A stretch of 63,727 nt of DNA, counting the filler. It is 4 parts of 4 records of this genome, joined end to end, with 100 filler letters (N's around TTAATTAATTAA, not from the genome) between each part and the next. Parts side by side here need not be neighbours in the genome. Positions count along the whole stretch, not along the records: positions 34,107 to 53,285 come from SRR20825006_2892; 3 more parts are not named here. One strand, given 5' to 3'. Positions 39,180 through 48,912 of the stretch are shown here, in pieces (position 1 is the first letter of the stretch; each line of letters starts with the position of its first letter). The translations under genes and the position numbers were made by a program. The notes below the pieces were generated by a model. The model was not told the origin of the DNA, searched no databases, and saw nothing but the letters and a program-made list of their open reading frames with translations.

Positions 39180-41444
39180 TTAAAGGGGTAGATGTTGGCG
39201 ATCTGCCAAATCATAAATCAAATCACGGATAACCAGCGGATCACCGCCCTCATCCAATGCGGCGCATATTTGCCCGCGAATGGCTTGAAGATCAAGAGAC
39301 AAGACAAGCTCTTTAATCTGACCGATTGAAGAAGCCGCCATGCTCAAACGATCAATGCCAATCGCCATCAACGCTAACGCCTCAATTGGCCGCCCTGCCA
39401 ACTCGCCACACATGGTCAGCGGCACATTATGCTTTTTGGCTGCATCGGCCACGTGCTTAAACGCCCGCAAGCGCGGAATCGCAATTGGATCATAGCGCCG
39501 CACCACCCGCGCATTCGCGCGGTCAGACGCAGTGAGAAACTGCACAAGATCGTTAGAGCCAATGGACACAAAATCGGTCATGGGCAGCAAATGATCAAGT
39601 TCGAACAAGAGCGACGGCACCTCAATCATCGCACCAAGGCGAAGATTTTTAGGGCGCTCAAATCCAGCATTGTCCAAACGCTTCAATTCGATATCAAGGA
39701 CCTTACGAGCTTCACAGAATTCCTGCGCGTCGGTGACCATGGGCACCAAAATATCCAGATCACGCCCATTCGCCGCTTGCAGCAAGGCGCGAATTTGGGT
39801 GCGCAACAAACCTGGCCGATCCAGCGCTAAACGAAGTGACCGCCACCCCATCGCAGGATTTTCTTCAGCTTCAGCCCGCAAATAAGGCACCACCTTATCG
39901 CCGCCAATGTCCAGCAAGCGGAATACAATAGGGCGATCCCCCACCAGTTCCATCGCCTCGCGATAAAGCTCAACCTGTTCGGCCAAACGCGGCAGCTTAG
40001 ACGCGATCATAAATTGCAACTCGGTCCGGAACAGACCAATGCCCGCCGCGCCCGTTTCTTCAATCGCTGGCAAATCAGCGATCAAACCGGAATTGTGCAA
40101 CAGTGTAATCTCAGCCCCATCGCGGGTGATAGAGGGCTTGTCGCGTAGCGCAGCAAAACGTTCCTGCCGCTTGGCGCTCATGCGCACCTTATCTGCATAA
40201 GTGGCGAGCACGTCCACGGAAGGACGCAAGTGCACAACGCCTTGCTGACAATCGAGAATAATATCGTCGCCTGTTTCGCACATGGCGGCGATGTTCTCGA
40301 CCTGCCCGCACACATTAAGGCCCAAAGACCGCGCCACAATCGACACATGGGCGGTCATTCCGCCCTCTTCCAGCACAACCCCGCGCAGCTTGCGCCGATC
40401 ATATTCAAGAAGTTCCGCTGGCCCCATATTCCGTGCCACCAAAATGGCATTGTCTGGCAATTCATGGCCAAACACTTTTGTGCCGCCAGTCAAAACCCGC
40501 AGCAGGCGGTTGGCCAAATCATCCAAATCATGCAGACGGTCGCGAATATAGGGGTCTGTTTGACGCATCATGCGTGCGCGCGTGTCGTTTTGTACCCGCT
40601 CAACCGCAGCTTCGGCTGTCAAACCCGCGCCCACCGCTTCACGCAGCCGCCGCACCCAACCCCGGTCATGGGCGAACATGCGGTAGCTTTCGAGAATTTC
40701 ACGATGCTCAGATCGCGCCTGCATATCGCCCCGATTAAACATATCGTCAATCGTTACCCGCATGGTGCGGATGGCGGACTCAAGGCGCTCTTTTTCCTGG
40801 TCCACATCTTCGGCAACAAAATTGGTCACCACCACCCGCGGGTCGTGCACAAACACTTTGCCCAATGCAATGCCATCTGTGTAGCTCGACGCTTCCAACG
40901 AGCGCGGGCGCCGCAATTCAATTTCCGACCCCGGCGTGATCAAACTATCAAATTCAGTGGTCGACACCATTTCTGCCAGCAAAGTGGCAGTGGTCATCAA
41001 GGCTTCAGTTTCGTCTTCGCGATAAAGCCGACTTTCAACCGACTGAACGTCCAAAACCCCAAGGGTTTGGCCCGCACGCAAAACAGGCACGCCCAGAAAT
41101 GATTGGTAGGGATCTTCGCCCGTTTCAGGGCGATAAGCAAAGGCAGGGTGCTTTGGCGCATCCGCCAAATTGAGCGACATCGCTTCTGCCGCAATCAAAC
41201 CCACTAGGCCTTCGCCAAGGCGCAAGCTGGTTTTGTGCACCGCTTCGCGCTTCAAACCATGGGTGGCAAAAAGCTCCAAGGCACCATCATCACGCAAGAC
41301 ATAAAACGAGCAGACATCGGCCCGCATGCTGTCCGCGATCAATTCAACAATTTTATCCAGCCGCTCCTGAATGCCCAATGGCTCTGCCATTGTTTCGCGC
41401 AATCTGCGCAACAATTCACGTGGGCCAGCGATCATCTGTGCCAT
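39180..41444 (-). CDS. ptsP: PTS-Ntr enzyme I (GAF domain + EI)
   Basis: N-terminal GAF (VCSFY...LFATHGL); phospho-His TAHVSI; GLFRTE, DIGGDK, SIGSNDL, MCGE. Confidence 0.96.
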   Translation of the reverse strand: MAQMIAGPRELLRRLRETMAEPLGIQERLDKIVELIADSMRADVCSFYVLRDDGALELFATHGLKREAVHKTSLRLGEGLVGLIAAEAMSLNLADAPKHPAFAYRPETGEDPYQSFLGVPVLRAGQTLGVLDVQSVESRLYREDETEALMTTATLLAEMVSTTEFDSLITPGSEIELRRPRSLEASSYTDGIALGKVFVHDPRVVVTNFVAEDVDQEKERLESAIRTMRVTIDDMFNRGDMQARSEHREILESYRMFAHDRGWVRRLREAVGAGLTAEAAVERVQNDTRARMMRQTDPYIRDRLHDLDDLANRLLRVLTGGTKVFGHELPDNAILVARNMGPAELLEYDRRKLRGVVLEEGGMTAHVSIVARSLGLNVCGQVENIAAMCETGDDIILDCQQGVVHLRPSVDVLATYADKVRMSAKRQERFAALRDKPSITRDGAEITLLHNSGLIADLPAIEETGAAGIGLFRTELQFMIASKLPRLAEQVELYREAMELVGDRPIVFRLLDIGGDKVVPYLRAEAEENPAMGWRSLRLALDRPGLLRTQIRALLQAANGRDLDILVPMVTDAQEFCEARKVLDIELKRLDNAGFERPKNLRLGAMIEVPSLLFELDHLLPMTDFVSIGSNDLVQFLTASDRANARVVRRYDPIAIPRLRAFKHVADAAKKHNVPLTMCGELAGRPIEALALMAIGIDRLSMAASSIGQIKELVLSLDLQAIRGQICAALDEGGDPLVIRDLIYDLADRQHLPL

Positions 41445-41491
41445 CCGCCCTCAACCCGCCGAAGCGAGCCGCCTTTTTGGGCCAAATTGGC

Positions 41492-42763
41492 TTATGCCTC
41501 TTCCATATCCAAGCCATAATAGGTGTGGAGTGCCCGCACCGCCAATTCGGCATATTCTTCCTCAATCAACACACTGGTCTTGATCTCGGATGTGGTAATC
41601 AATTGAATATTAATGCCTTTATCAGATAGGGCCCGGAACATAGACGCTGCAACGCCCGCGTGAGACCGCATCCCCACCCCAATAACTGAAATTTTGGCTC
41701 CGCCTTTGGAACCAGAAATCGAATCAAATTCTAAACTTGTTTCCCCCGCTTCTTTAAGCACCGTCATGGCCTTGTCAAATTCAGCATCGGGAATAGTAAA
41801 CGTAATGTCGGTTGATTTACCGTCATCAGAAATATTTTGCACAATCATATCCACAACGATTTGCGCGTCAGCCAATGGGCCAAAAACAGCAGCAGCAACG
41901 CCTGGATTATCTTTCACACCGCGCAAGGTAATTTTTGCCTCTGACTTTGCGCTGGTCACACCGGAAACAATTTGCTTTTCCATAATCTCATCCTCATCAC
42001 ACACCAATGTGCCTGGACCTTGCCAGTCGCCATTTTCACCCAAAGGCGGCACTTGATCGGGGTCATCAAAACTTGAGCGCACAACAAGGCGCACTTTTTT
42101 GGCCATCGCCAATTCAACTGATCGGGTCTGCAACACTTTTGCGCCCAATGATGCCATCTCCAGCATCTCTTCAAAACTGATCCGATCAATCCGGCGCGCC
42201 TTCGGCACAATGCGCGGATCGGTGGTGTAAACACCATCCACATCAGTATAAATATCACAACGGTCTGCTTCCACCGCTGCCGCAACAGCCACCGCACTTG
42301 TGTCTGATCCCCCACGACCCAATGTGGTGATGCGCCCATGCGGCGACACGCCTTGAAAACCTGTGACCACGCAAACAAGTCCTGCATTCATGCGATCAAA
42401 CAAAAGCTTGGGATCAATATTGGTGATCCGCGCTGAGCCATGGGCATCGCTTGTTTCAATCGGCACTTGCCAGCCGGCAAAGGAACGCGCGGGCACGCCC
42501 ATTTCCTGCAACACAATTGACATCAAGCCAGCGGAAACCTGCTCACCCGAGGCCACAACTGCATCATATTCGCGCGCATCATGCACTGGCGCGGCTTCTC
42601 GTGTCCACGCCACCAACTCATTGGTTTTGCCAGACATTGCGGAAACAACCACACAAACCTTATGCCCTGCATCCACTTCACGTTTGACATGCCGGGCCGC
42701 ATGTCTAATCCGCTCAATGTCGGCCACCGAGGTGCCGCCAAATTTCATCACAATTGTCGCCAT
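41492..42763 (-). CDS. lysC: Aspartate kinase
   Basis: MKFGGTSV, TTLGRGGSDTSA, YTDVDGVYTTDPR, two ACT domains; start moved to ATG 42763. Confidence 0.97.
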   Translation of the reverse strand: MATIVMKFGGTSVADIERIRHAARHVKREVDAGHKVCVVVSAMSGKTNELVAWTREAAPVHDAREYDAVVASGEQVSAGLMSIVLQEMGVPARSFAGWQVPIETSDAHGSARITNIDPKLLFDRMNAGLVCVVTGFQGVSPHGRITTLGRGGSDTSAVAVAAAVEADRCDIYTDVDGVYTTDPRIVPKARRIDRISFEEMLEMASLGAKVLQTRSVELAMAKKVRLVVRSSFDDPDQVPPLGENGDWQGPGTLVCDEDEIMEKQIVSGVTSAKSEAKITLRGVKDNPGVAAAVFGPLADAQIVVDMIVQNISDDGKSTDITFTIPDAEFDKAMTVLKEAGETSLEFDSISGSKGGAKISVIGVGMRSHAGVAASMFRALSDKGINIQLITTSEIKTSVLIEEEYAELAVRALHTYYGLDMEEA

Positions 42764-43037
42764 GGCGCGCTTTCCTACATTTATTATGCCCGATTGGCTT
42801 TGAACTGCCTCGGGTTGAAGCGCGAGTTGTTGGCCCCGCGCCGACAATGCTCGCGCGCGTCAATTGCCACAAACTGGCGTTTTGATCAACTAAAACGGCC
42901 CTAATTTCGCGATTCGGGCACGAATGAAGCCATTTGTCATATTGACACCTAACAAAATGTGCCTGATTGATCCAAAAGCGTTCGGCATCCCGTTTCCGGG
43001 CAGCGCACACAGCGGAGAAGGCAAAAAGGAATTGAAA

Positions 43038-43778
43038 ATGGCCCAAACAACCATCCACCAAGATGAAGTTGAACGGTTCAACGCCATGGCCGATGAATGG
43101 TGGGACCCGAAAGGCAAGTTCAAACCATTGCATAAATTCAACCCGGTGCGCCTATCCTATATCCGCGAGCAGGTGATCAATCATTTTGGGTTGGACCAAA
43201 CGGCACGCGAACCCTTTAAAGGTTTGCGCTTGTTGGACATTGGCTGCGGCGGCGGCTTGTTGTGCGAACCGATGAAACGGCTTGGCGCCGATGTGATGGG
43301 CGCCGATGCGGGCGAGAAAAACATCAAGATCGCGCAAATCCACGCCGAACGGTCTGAACTCGACATTGATTATCGCGCCACCACCTCAGAGGCGCTGGCC
43401 GAAGCAGGCGAGCAATTTGATGTGGTGCTCAATATGGAAGTGGTGGAACACGTCGCCGATATTGAGCTCTATCTCAAAAGCTGCGCACAATTGGTGAAAC
43501 CCGGCGGCCTGATGTTCGTGGCCACCATCAACCGCACCTTTAAAGCCTATGCCCTCGCCATCATCGGCGCTGAACATATCCTGCGCTGGCTGCCCAAAGG
43601 CACCCATTCTTACGACATGTTGGTGACGCCGGAAGAAATCACTTCCAATCTCAAACGCAATGGCATGCAAATTAAAGATCGGCTTGGCGTGAGCTACCAT
43701 CCGTTAGAAGATGCGTGGAAACGCTCTCGCGACATGAGCGTCAATTATATGATGCTGGCGGAAAAGCCGAAGGGCTAA
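43038..43778 (+). CDS. ubiG: Ubiquinone biosynthesis O-methyltransferase
   Basis: [37 protein letters not shown] 43038 after AAGGA. Confidence 0.96.
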   Translation: MAQTTIHQDEVERFNAMADEWWDPKGKFKPLHKFNPVRLSYIREQVINHFGLDQTAREPFKGLRLLDIGCGGGLLCEPMKRLGADVMGADAGEKNIKIAQIHAERSELDIDYRATTSEALAEAGEQFDVVLNMEVVEHVADIELYLKSCAQLVKPGGLMFVATINRTFKAYALAIIGAEHILRWLPKGTHSYDMLVTPEEITSNLKRNGMQIKDRLGVSYHPLEDAWKRSRDMSVNYMMLAEKPKG

Positions 43779-43809
43779 TCAAGGCATAAATTTCAATAGG
43801 GAGTTCGAC

Positions 43810-44514
43810 ATGAAAATTGCCAATATGAACTGGATGCAAGTCGAAGCCTATTTGGAAAAAGACGATCGCGTGATTGTGCCACTGGGCAGCACCGAGCAAC
43901 ATGCCTATCTATCGCTGAGTACCGACAATATTTTGTCCGAAAAAATTGCCATAGATGCGGCAGAGCCATTGGGCATTCCGGTCTTTCCCGTGCAAGCCTA
44001 TGGCATCACACCAAGTTTTATGGCCTATCCCGGCACCGTCACTATGCGCATGGCAACATTTTTGGCCGTCGTGCAGGATATTTTGACAAGCCTGAAACAA
44101 ACCGGCTTTCGCCGCATCATGTTGTTGAATGGCCATGGCGGAAACATTCCTGCTGGCAATGCGGCGTTGGAATGGATGGGCGACCATCCTGAGTGCAGCG
44201 TGATCTTTCACAATTGGTGGATGGCACCCAAAACAATGGCAAAGGTCAAAGAAATCGACCCAATCGCCTCCCACGCATCCTGGATGGAAAACTTCCCTTG
44301 GACGCGCCTTGAGGGCGTTTCTATGCCTACCCCCCAAAAACCAATGGTCGATCTAGATCAGTTGCGCCGACTATCGCCCGAAAAAGCCCGCACATTGCTC
44401 GAAGATGGCAATTATGGCGGCCTCTATCAGCGCAGCGACGACGACATGAATTTGATTTGGCAAACCGCCCTTGACGAAGTGCGTGAGCTGCTCAATGGCA
44501 TTTGGGACGATTAA
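43810..44514 (+). CDS. Creatininase family amidohydrolase
   Basis: Metal-binding motifs PLGSTEQH, NGHGGN, HASWME; RBS GGGAG. Confidence 0.9.
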   Translation: MKIANMNWMQVEAYLEKDDRVIVPLGSTEQHAYLSLSTDNILSEKIAIDAAEPLGIPVFPVQAYGITPSFMAYPGTVTMRMATFLAVVQDILTSLKQTGFRRIMLLNGHGGNIPAGNAALEWMGDHPECSVIFHNWWMAPKTMAKVKEIDPIASHASWMENFPWTRLEGVSMPTPQKPMVDLDQLRRLSPEKARTLLEDGNYGGLYQRSDDDMNLIWQTALDEVRELLNGIWDD

Positions 44515-44527
44515 ATAGGCTTGAGGC

Positions 44528-44974
44528 TTAGTTATGCTCTTCGGGCAAACGTGGCAGCGGCATAAAGTCAATATCATCTTCAATCAATGACGTGACTTCT
44601 TCTGCTGTCGCTTCCCCATAAATGCCGCGCTGTTGCTCAGGCTCTTCAGCCATTTTGCGCGCTTCTTCGGCAAAGCGCGTGCCCACATATTCCGCTTCGC
44701 TTTCCACCTTTGAGCGCAAACGACGCAAAGCCTCGCGCACTTCTTGCTGCTCAGGGTGGCCAGCGGAAAGGGCCATAGTTTTTTGCGGGGCATCTTCGCG
44801 CTGGTTGGCTTTTTTGCCAACGGCTGGCGCCATCAAAGCCTTGTTCACTTCACTTGTGCCACACAAAGGACATTCCAAAACACCCTGCTGCGCTTGCGCA
44901 TCATAGGCATTGGCATTTTTGAACCAAGCTTCAAACTTATGATCATTCTCGCAAATGAGCGAATACTGAATCAC
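44528..44974 (-). CDS. DUF1178 family protein
   Basis: C..DHKFEAWF, CPLCG, KALMAP, YVG.RFAEEAR, GIYGEAT. Confidence 0.92.
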   Translation of the reverse strand: MIQYSLICENDHKFEAWFKNANAYDAQAQQGVLECPLCGTSEVNKALMAPAVGKKANQREDAPQKTMALSAGHPEQQEVREALRRLRSKVESEAEYVGTRFAEEARKMAEEPEQQRGIYGEATAEEVTSLIEDDIDFMPLPRLPEEHN

Positions 44975-45009
44975 GGAAGTGTACCCTTCAAATTAACGAC
45001 ACATCTTGA

Positions 45010-45843
45010 TTATGACATATGTCGGTTAACGCTTAACGAAAATTCCCGGCGGTTGGCAAGTGTTGGCAACCGCATGCGGGCTTCCTTTATCAGGTTTAAA
45101 TCCAATGGCGCAATAATTAACCCAGGGCTTTTATCCGCTTTTTCGGCCAAAATGCGGCCCCAAGGGTCAATAATCAGCGAATGGCCATAAGTGTTGCGCC
45201 CATTTTCATGGGCACCGCCTTGAGCTGCCGCCACCACAAAACTACCCGTTTCAATGGCCCGCGCCCGCAGCAACACATGCCAATGGGCTTCACCCGTGGG
45301 CACCGTAAAGGCAGCAGGCACCGCCATCACATTGGCGTCGCCTTCGCGTAAAGCCGCATATAGATGAGCAAACCGCACATCATAACAGATTGAAAAGCCC
45401 AAATTGATCGCCCCAACTAGGCACACCACCGCCTCTTCACCCGGTCGATAATTATCGCTTTCGCGATAAGGATCATCACCCTCAACATCTGCATCAAACA
45501 GATGAATCTTGTCATAAGTGGTCAACAACTCGCCATTGGGCGAAAACAGGAATGCGCGGTTAAACAACCGCCCGTCCTCAGCAGGCACCGCCATAGAGCC
45601 AATGTGCAGATAAAGCGCGTTGTTTCGGGCAATATCTGCCAGAACACCCAATGTCTGCTCGACATTTTGCGCTGTCGCCCATTCATCAAGTTGCGCCCGC
45701 CTTTCAGCGAACATCACCGACATTTCAGGAGTTTGCAAATAGCCCACACCTTGAGACGCGGCCGCCTGCGCGGCCTGCGCAATCGCGTCGATATTTTGAT
45801 CAACTTGCATGGAGCTGCACATTTGCAGTGCGGCAATTTTCAT
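45010..45843 (-). CDS. Carbon-nitrogen hydrolase (Nit1/deaminated glutathione amidase-like)
   Basis: E-K-C triad in TPEM, YDKIHLFD, SICYDVRF; TGEAHWHVLLRARAIE; lies after grxC. Confidence 0.92.
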   Translation of the reverse strand: MKIAALQMCSSMQVDQNIDAIAQAAQAAASQGVGYLQTPEMSVMFAERRAQLDEWATAQNVEQTLGVLADIARNNALYLHIGSMAVPAEDGRLFNRAFLFSPNGELLTTYDKIHLFDADVEGDDPYRESDNYRPGEEAVVCLVGAINLGFSICYDVRFAHLYAALREGDANVMAVPAAFTVPTGEAHWHVLLRARAIETGSFVVAAAQGGAHENGRNTYGHSLIIDPWGRILAEKADKSPGLIIAPLDLNLIKEARMRLPTLANRREFSLSVNRHMS

Positions 45844-45857
45844 TGGTCTCACCTCGG

Positions 45858-46127
45858 TTAAGAGGCGGCACGATCCTGAAGCAAGGGGTCTAGCTTGCCC
45901 GCGCGATCCAGCGCCACAAGGTCGTCATAACCGCCAACATGATATTCATCGATAAAGATTTGCGGCACAGTTTGGCGTCCACGTGCCCGCTGAATCATCT
46001 TTTCACGCTCTTGTGGGTGGCCCACAACGGTGATCTCAGTGAAGCTGACTTCTTTTTTGTTCAGCAACGCTTTTGCCGCCAAACAATAAGGACATGTTGG
46101 CGTTGTATAAAGCTCGATTTTAGGCAT
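45858..46127 (-). CDS. grxC: Glutaredoxin 3
   Basis: CPYC, TVPQIFI, GGYDDL. Confidence 0.95.
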   Translation of the reverse strand: MPKIELYTTPTCPYCLAAKALLNKKEVSFTEITVVGHPQEREKMIQRARGRQTVPQIFIDEYHVGGYDDLVALDRAGKLDPLLQDRAAS

Positions 46128-46159
46128 ATCTCACATCTCACACTGTTCGTTTGCGCCAA

Positions 46160-46948
46160 TCAGGGTTGGGAGGTGACCCGCGCAAAACAAATAACGTCAA
46201 TATGCTTGATATAATGGGAACGAAGCACTTTGGCTAGGGCTGTAATGGTGGCACCCGTCGTCATCACATCGTCAACTAAAATGATGCGATCACTTTGCCG
46301 CCGCCCAAGAACTTCTGAATTCACCGCAAATGCCCCGCGCACATTTTTGGTGCGCGCCTTGGCTGAAAGTCCAACTTGTTGCCGCGTGGGCCGCACGCGT
46401 TGAACCAGATCATAACAGGCGGGAAGCCCCGTCTGCCGGGCCAAAGCGCTGGCCAACAATGCCGACTGATTATACCGCCGAGACAGTTTGCGCTGCCAAT
46501 GCAAAGGCACCGGCACAATCACCCCCGGTTGCGCCCACAATTCAGGCGCAGCTCGCACCATAAGTTCGGCGCAAAACCGCGCCATATCGTGCCGATCACG
46601 ATATTTCAAATTATGAACAAGCTCGCGTGCATTGTCGTTAAACCGCAAGGCATAACGCGCCCGATCATAGGGCGGTGGATGTGCCAAAGCTTCTGCGCTT
46701 TTCGCCCCCGGCCCCATATCCACACTGAACGGCAACCCCATTACCGGACAATATGGTGCGGTTATATGATCTAACTGCGCCCAACAGGTGGGACATAATT
46801 TCTGATTTTCGATAATCGGCCCGTCACAGGCTAGACACACTGGCGGAAACACCCTATCCAACAGCGCAGATGGCAGTGCATTCATCAAGCGCGACGCGCG
46901 AGAAAAATGTCGAAGGAAATCGTCCTTTTCGATCCAACGCCCTGACAT
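46160..46948 (-). CDS. comF: ComF family phosphoribosyltransferase-like protein
   Basis: CLAC...CPTC zinc ribbon, VPVPLH, RRYNQS, LVDDVMTTGAT; start may be ATG 46885. Confidence 0.9.
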   Translation of the reverse strand: MSGRWIEKDDFLRHFSRASRLMNALPSALLDRVFPPVCLACDGPIIENQKLCPTCWAQLDHITAPYCPVMGLPFSVDMGPGAKSAEALAHPPPYDRARYALRFNDNARELVHNLKYRDRHDMARFCAELMVRAAPELWAQPGVIVPVPLHWQRKLSRRYNQSALLASALARQTGLPACYDLVQRVRPTRQQVGLSAKARTKNVRGAFAVNSEVLGRRQSDRIILVDDVMTTGATITALAKVLRSHYIKHIDVICFARVTSQP

Positions 46949-46961
46949 GAAAGGTCTTTCA

Positions 46962-47858
46962 ATGGCACAAAATAATCAGGTTAAAAAATTGTTTGATCGT
47001 GAGCTTATTGCAAGACGCTTGCAAAAAGCCAGCATTTTCCAAACTGCATCTGGACCGGATAATTTTATTGCTGACCTGATCACCAACGACCTTAGGGATC
47101 GTCTAAGCGCCATAACCCGTACCTTCAACAAGGCATTATTGTTGGCTCCCCATCCTGACTTTTTCGCAAAAGATGTGCGCACTGCAGAAGCACCAATCAA
47201 TTTTGAATATGGCCTGACCTTGCCTCTGACGGAGGCCACTGATGTCACAATTTACGACCCGGCAAATCTGGCCCTCCCGCATAATGATTATGATCTGATC
47301 GTCTCACTTGCAGATTTGCAAATGCTGGATGATGTGCCGGGCTTTTTCATTCAAGCGCAGCGCTTCTTGCGGCCAGACGGGCTTTGCGTTGTGGCCACTT
47401 TGGGCGGCGACAGCCTTACCGAATTGCGCCAAGCGTGGCTCAGCGCAGATGTGGAACATTCAGGCGGTGCCTATGCCCGTGTTGCGCCCTTTATTGACAT
47501 TCGTGATGGCGGTGCCCTGCTGCAACGTGGCGGCTTTGCCTTACCCGTAAGCGATCTTGAACATCATGTGGTGCGCTATGGCCACCCGATCAGCCTGATG
47601 GAAGAGCTACGCCAGTTTGGCGCATCAAATCCACTGCTTGAGCGACCAAAGAACTTTGTGTCACGCAGCCTGTTGGCCAAAGCCGTTGAAAATTATCAAA
47701 CCCAATTTACGGACGAAGATGGTCGGTGTCGTGCCACGCTCGATTTGCTGTGGCTTATGGGGTGGACACCTCATGAAAGCCAGCAAAAGCCAATGCGCCC
47801 TGGCAGCGCCAAAACCAGCCTCAAAGATGTTTTGGGTGATAAATCGGAAAAGGGTTAA
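46962..47858 (+). CDS. BioC/NDUFAF5-like methyltransferase-fold protein
   Basis: LFDR, LRPDGL, GGDSLTELR, RVAPF.D..D.G.LLQR.GFALPV.D, W.PHESQQKP.RPGSA; divergent from comF. Confidence 0.88.
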   Translation: MAQNNQVKKLFDRELIARRLQKASIFQTASGPDNFIADLITNDLRDRLSAITRTFNKALLLAPHPDFFAKDVRTAEAPINFEYGLTLPLTEATDVTIYDPANLALPHNDYDLIVSLADLQMLDDVPGFFIQAQRFLRPDGLCVVATLGGDSLTELRQAWLSADVEHSGGAYARVAPFIDIRDGGALLQRGGFALPVSDLEHHVVRYGHPISLMEELRQFGASNPLLERPKNFVSRSLLAKAVENYQTQFTDEDGRCRATLDLLWLMGWTPHESQQKPMRPGSAKTSLKDVLGDKSEKG

Positions 47859-48031
47859 CCGCTCATTGCGTTGGTAAAGGCAGTGGCAACGGCGTTAAAA
47901 ACATTGCCCAAATTGCCTGAAAGGCCCGTTACCGCGCCCAAAATAGCAACAGAAATCAAGGTACCGATCATAGCATATTGAATTGCTGTGGTGCCGCTTT
48001 CATCTGCCCAGAACCGCTTTAATACTGCCAT
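47855..48031 (-). CDS. Flp/type IVb pilin (58-aa prepilin) with Gln at position +5
   Basis: MAVLKRFWADESG|TTAIQYAMIGTLISVAILGAV...: Flp leader, Tyr+6, hydrophobic helix; RBS AAGGGA before ATG 48031. Confidence 0.85.
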   Translation of the reverse strand: MAVLKRFWADESGTTAIQYAMIGTLISVAILGAVTGLSGNLGNVFNAVATAFTNAMSG

Positions 48032-48048
48032 GTCCGTCCCTTTATGCC

Positions 48049-48459
48049 CTATAAAAGATCGCACAAATGGGCGATCAATGGTTCATCTGCAGGTGGCATG
48101 TCATAGTCCCGCAACTTTTGAGGGCGCACCCATTTTAAGGCTTGATGTTCAAGCGCTTGCGGGGTGCCTTGCCACTTTCGACAGACATAAAGTGGCATGA
48201 GAAGGTGAAAACTTTCATAAGAAAATGAAGCGAAGGTGAGCGGGGCCAAACAGGCTGCTTGGGTATCAACCGCTAGCTCCTCCCGCAATTCACGGATCAA
48301 AGCCTCCTCTGGCGACTCGCCTTTTTCCAGCTTTCCGCCAGGAAATTCCCACAAACCACCCATATTTTTGTCTGCAGGGCGTTGGGCAATAAGAACGCGC
48401 CGATCAGCATCAATCAGCGCGCAAGCCACAACACATAATAGCGATTTTTCTCCACTCAC
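48049..48459 (-). CDS. mutT: 8-oxo-dGTP diphosphatase (Nudix)
   Basis: WEFPGGKLEKGESPEEALIRELREE Nudix box; FHLLMPLY, MPPAD. Confidence 0.93.
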   Translation of the reverse strand: MSGEKSLLCVVACALIDADRRVLIAQRPADKNMGGLWEFPGGKLEKGESPEEALIRELREELAVDTQAACLAPLTFASFSYESFHLLMPLYVCRKWQGTPQALEHQALKWVRPQKLRDYDMPPADEPLIAHLCDLL

Positions 48460-48473
48460 AAACTCAACCCACC

Positions 48474-48890
48474 TTAGTTCTTATTCTTCGCTTCAACATA
48501 GACGGCAAAATTGTCCAAAATGGCTTGCCAACCTGCCCGCTGCATTTCTTGAGAATTTTCATGCTCTGCATCGAAGGTTTCAACCACTTTGACCTGACCA
48601 TCAATGGCACTAAACAGCACAGTCACTTCGCGACCATCTTCAAGCACATAATCGATCAATTCATGGGGAATGATCTGTACATAAGTGCCCACAAAATCAA
48701 AGCCCATGCTGCCATCTTTGGCTTCCATGCGCGCCTTTTGCTTCCCGCCCTCACGAAGATCCACCTCAGCGCTTACCGTGTGCCAATCATCAGACGCAGC
48801 GTTCCATTTCACAATATCCTCAGGCGTATTCCACGCCATCCAAACTGTTTCAATATCGGCGTGAATAGTTGCTTCAACTGTGATCTTCAT
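48474..48890 (-). CDS. SRPBCC/AHSA1-like domain protein
   Basis: VW.AWNTPEDI.KWN, DLREGG...RMEAKDGSMGFDF, QRAGWQAIL; ATG 48890 after GGAGG. Confidence 0.88.
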   Translation of the reverse strand: MKITVEATIHADIETVWMAWNTPEDIVKWNAASDDWHTVSAEVDLREGGKQKARMEAKDGSMGFDFVGTYVQIIPHELIDYVLEDGREVTVLFSAIDGQVKVVETFDAEHENSQEMQRAGWQAILDNFAVYVEAKNKN

Positions 48891-48912
48891 TTTGGGCCTC
48901 CCGCCCATGGGG

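Noticed and set aside
40230..41102. 290-aa plus-strand ORF
   Set aside because: Antisense shadow of ptsP.
39180..42763. lysC-ptsP coupling as a novel link
   Set aside because: Well-known conserved arrangement in rhizobia and relatives.
42764..43037. Lysine, SAM-II, SAH or SAM-SAH riboswitch between lysC and ubiG
   Set aside because: The core consensus nucleotides of each class are missing; kept only as a low-interest unknown structure.
44528..47858. comF-grxC-nitrilase-DUF1178 with a divergent methyltransferase as a new system
   Set aside because: Widely conserved alphaproteobacterial core neighbourhood.
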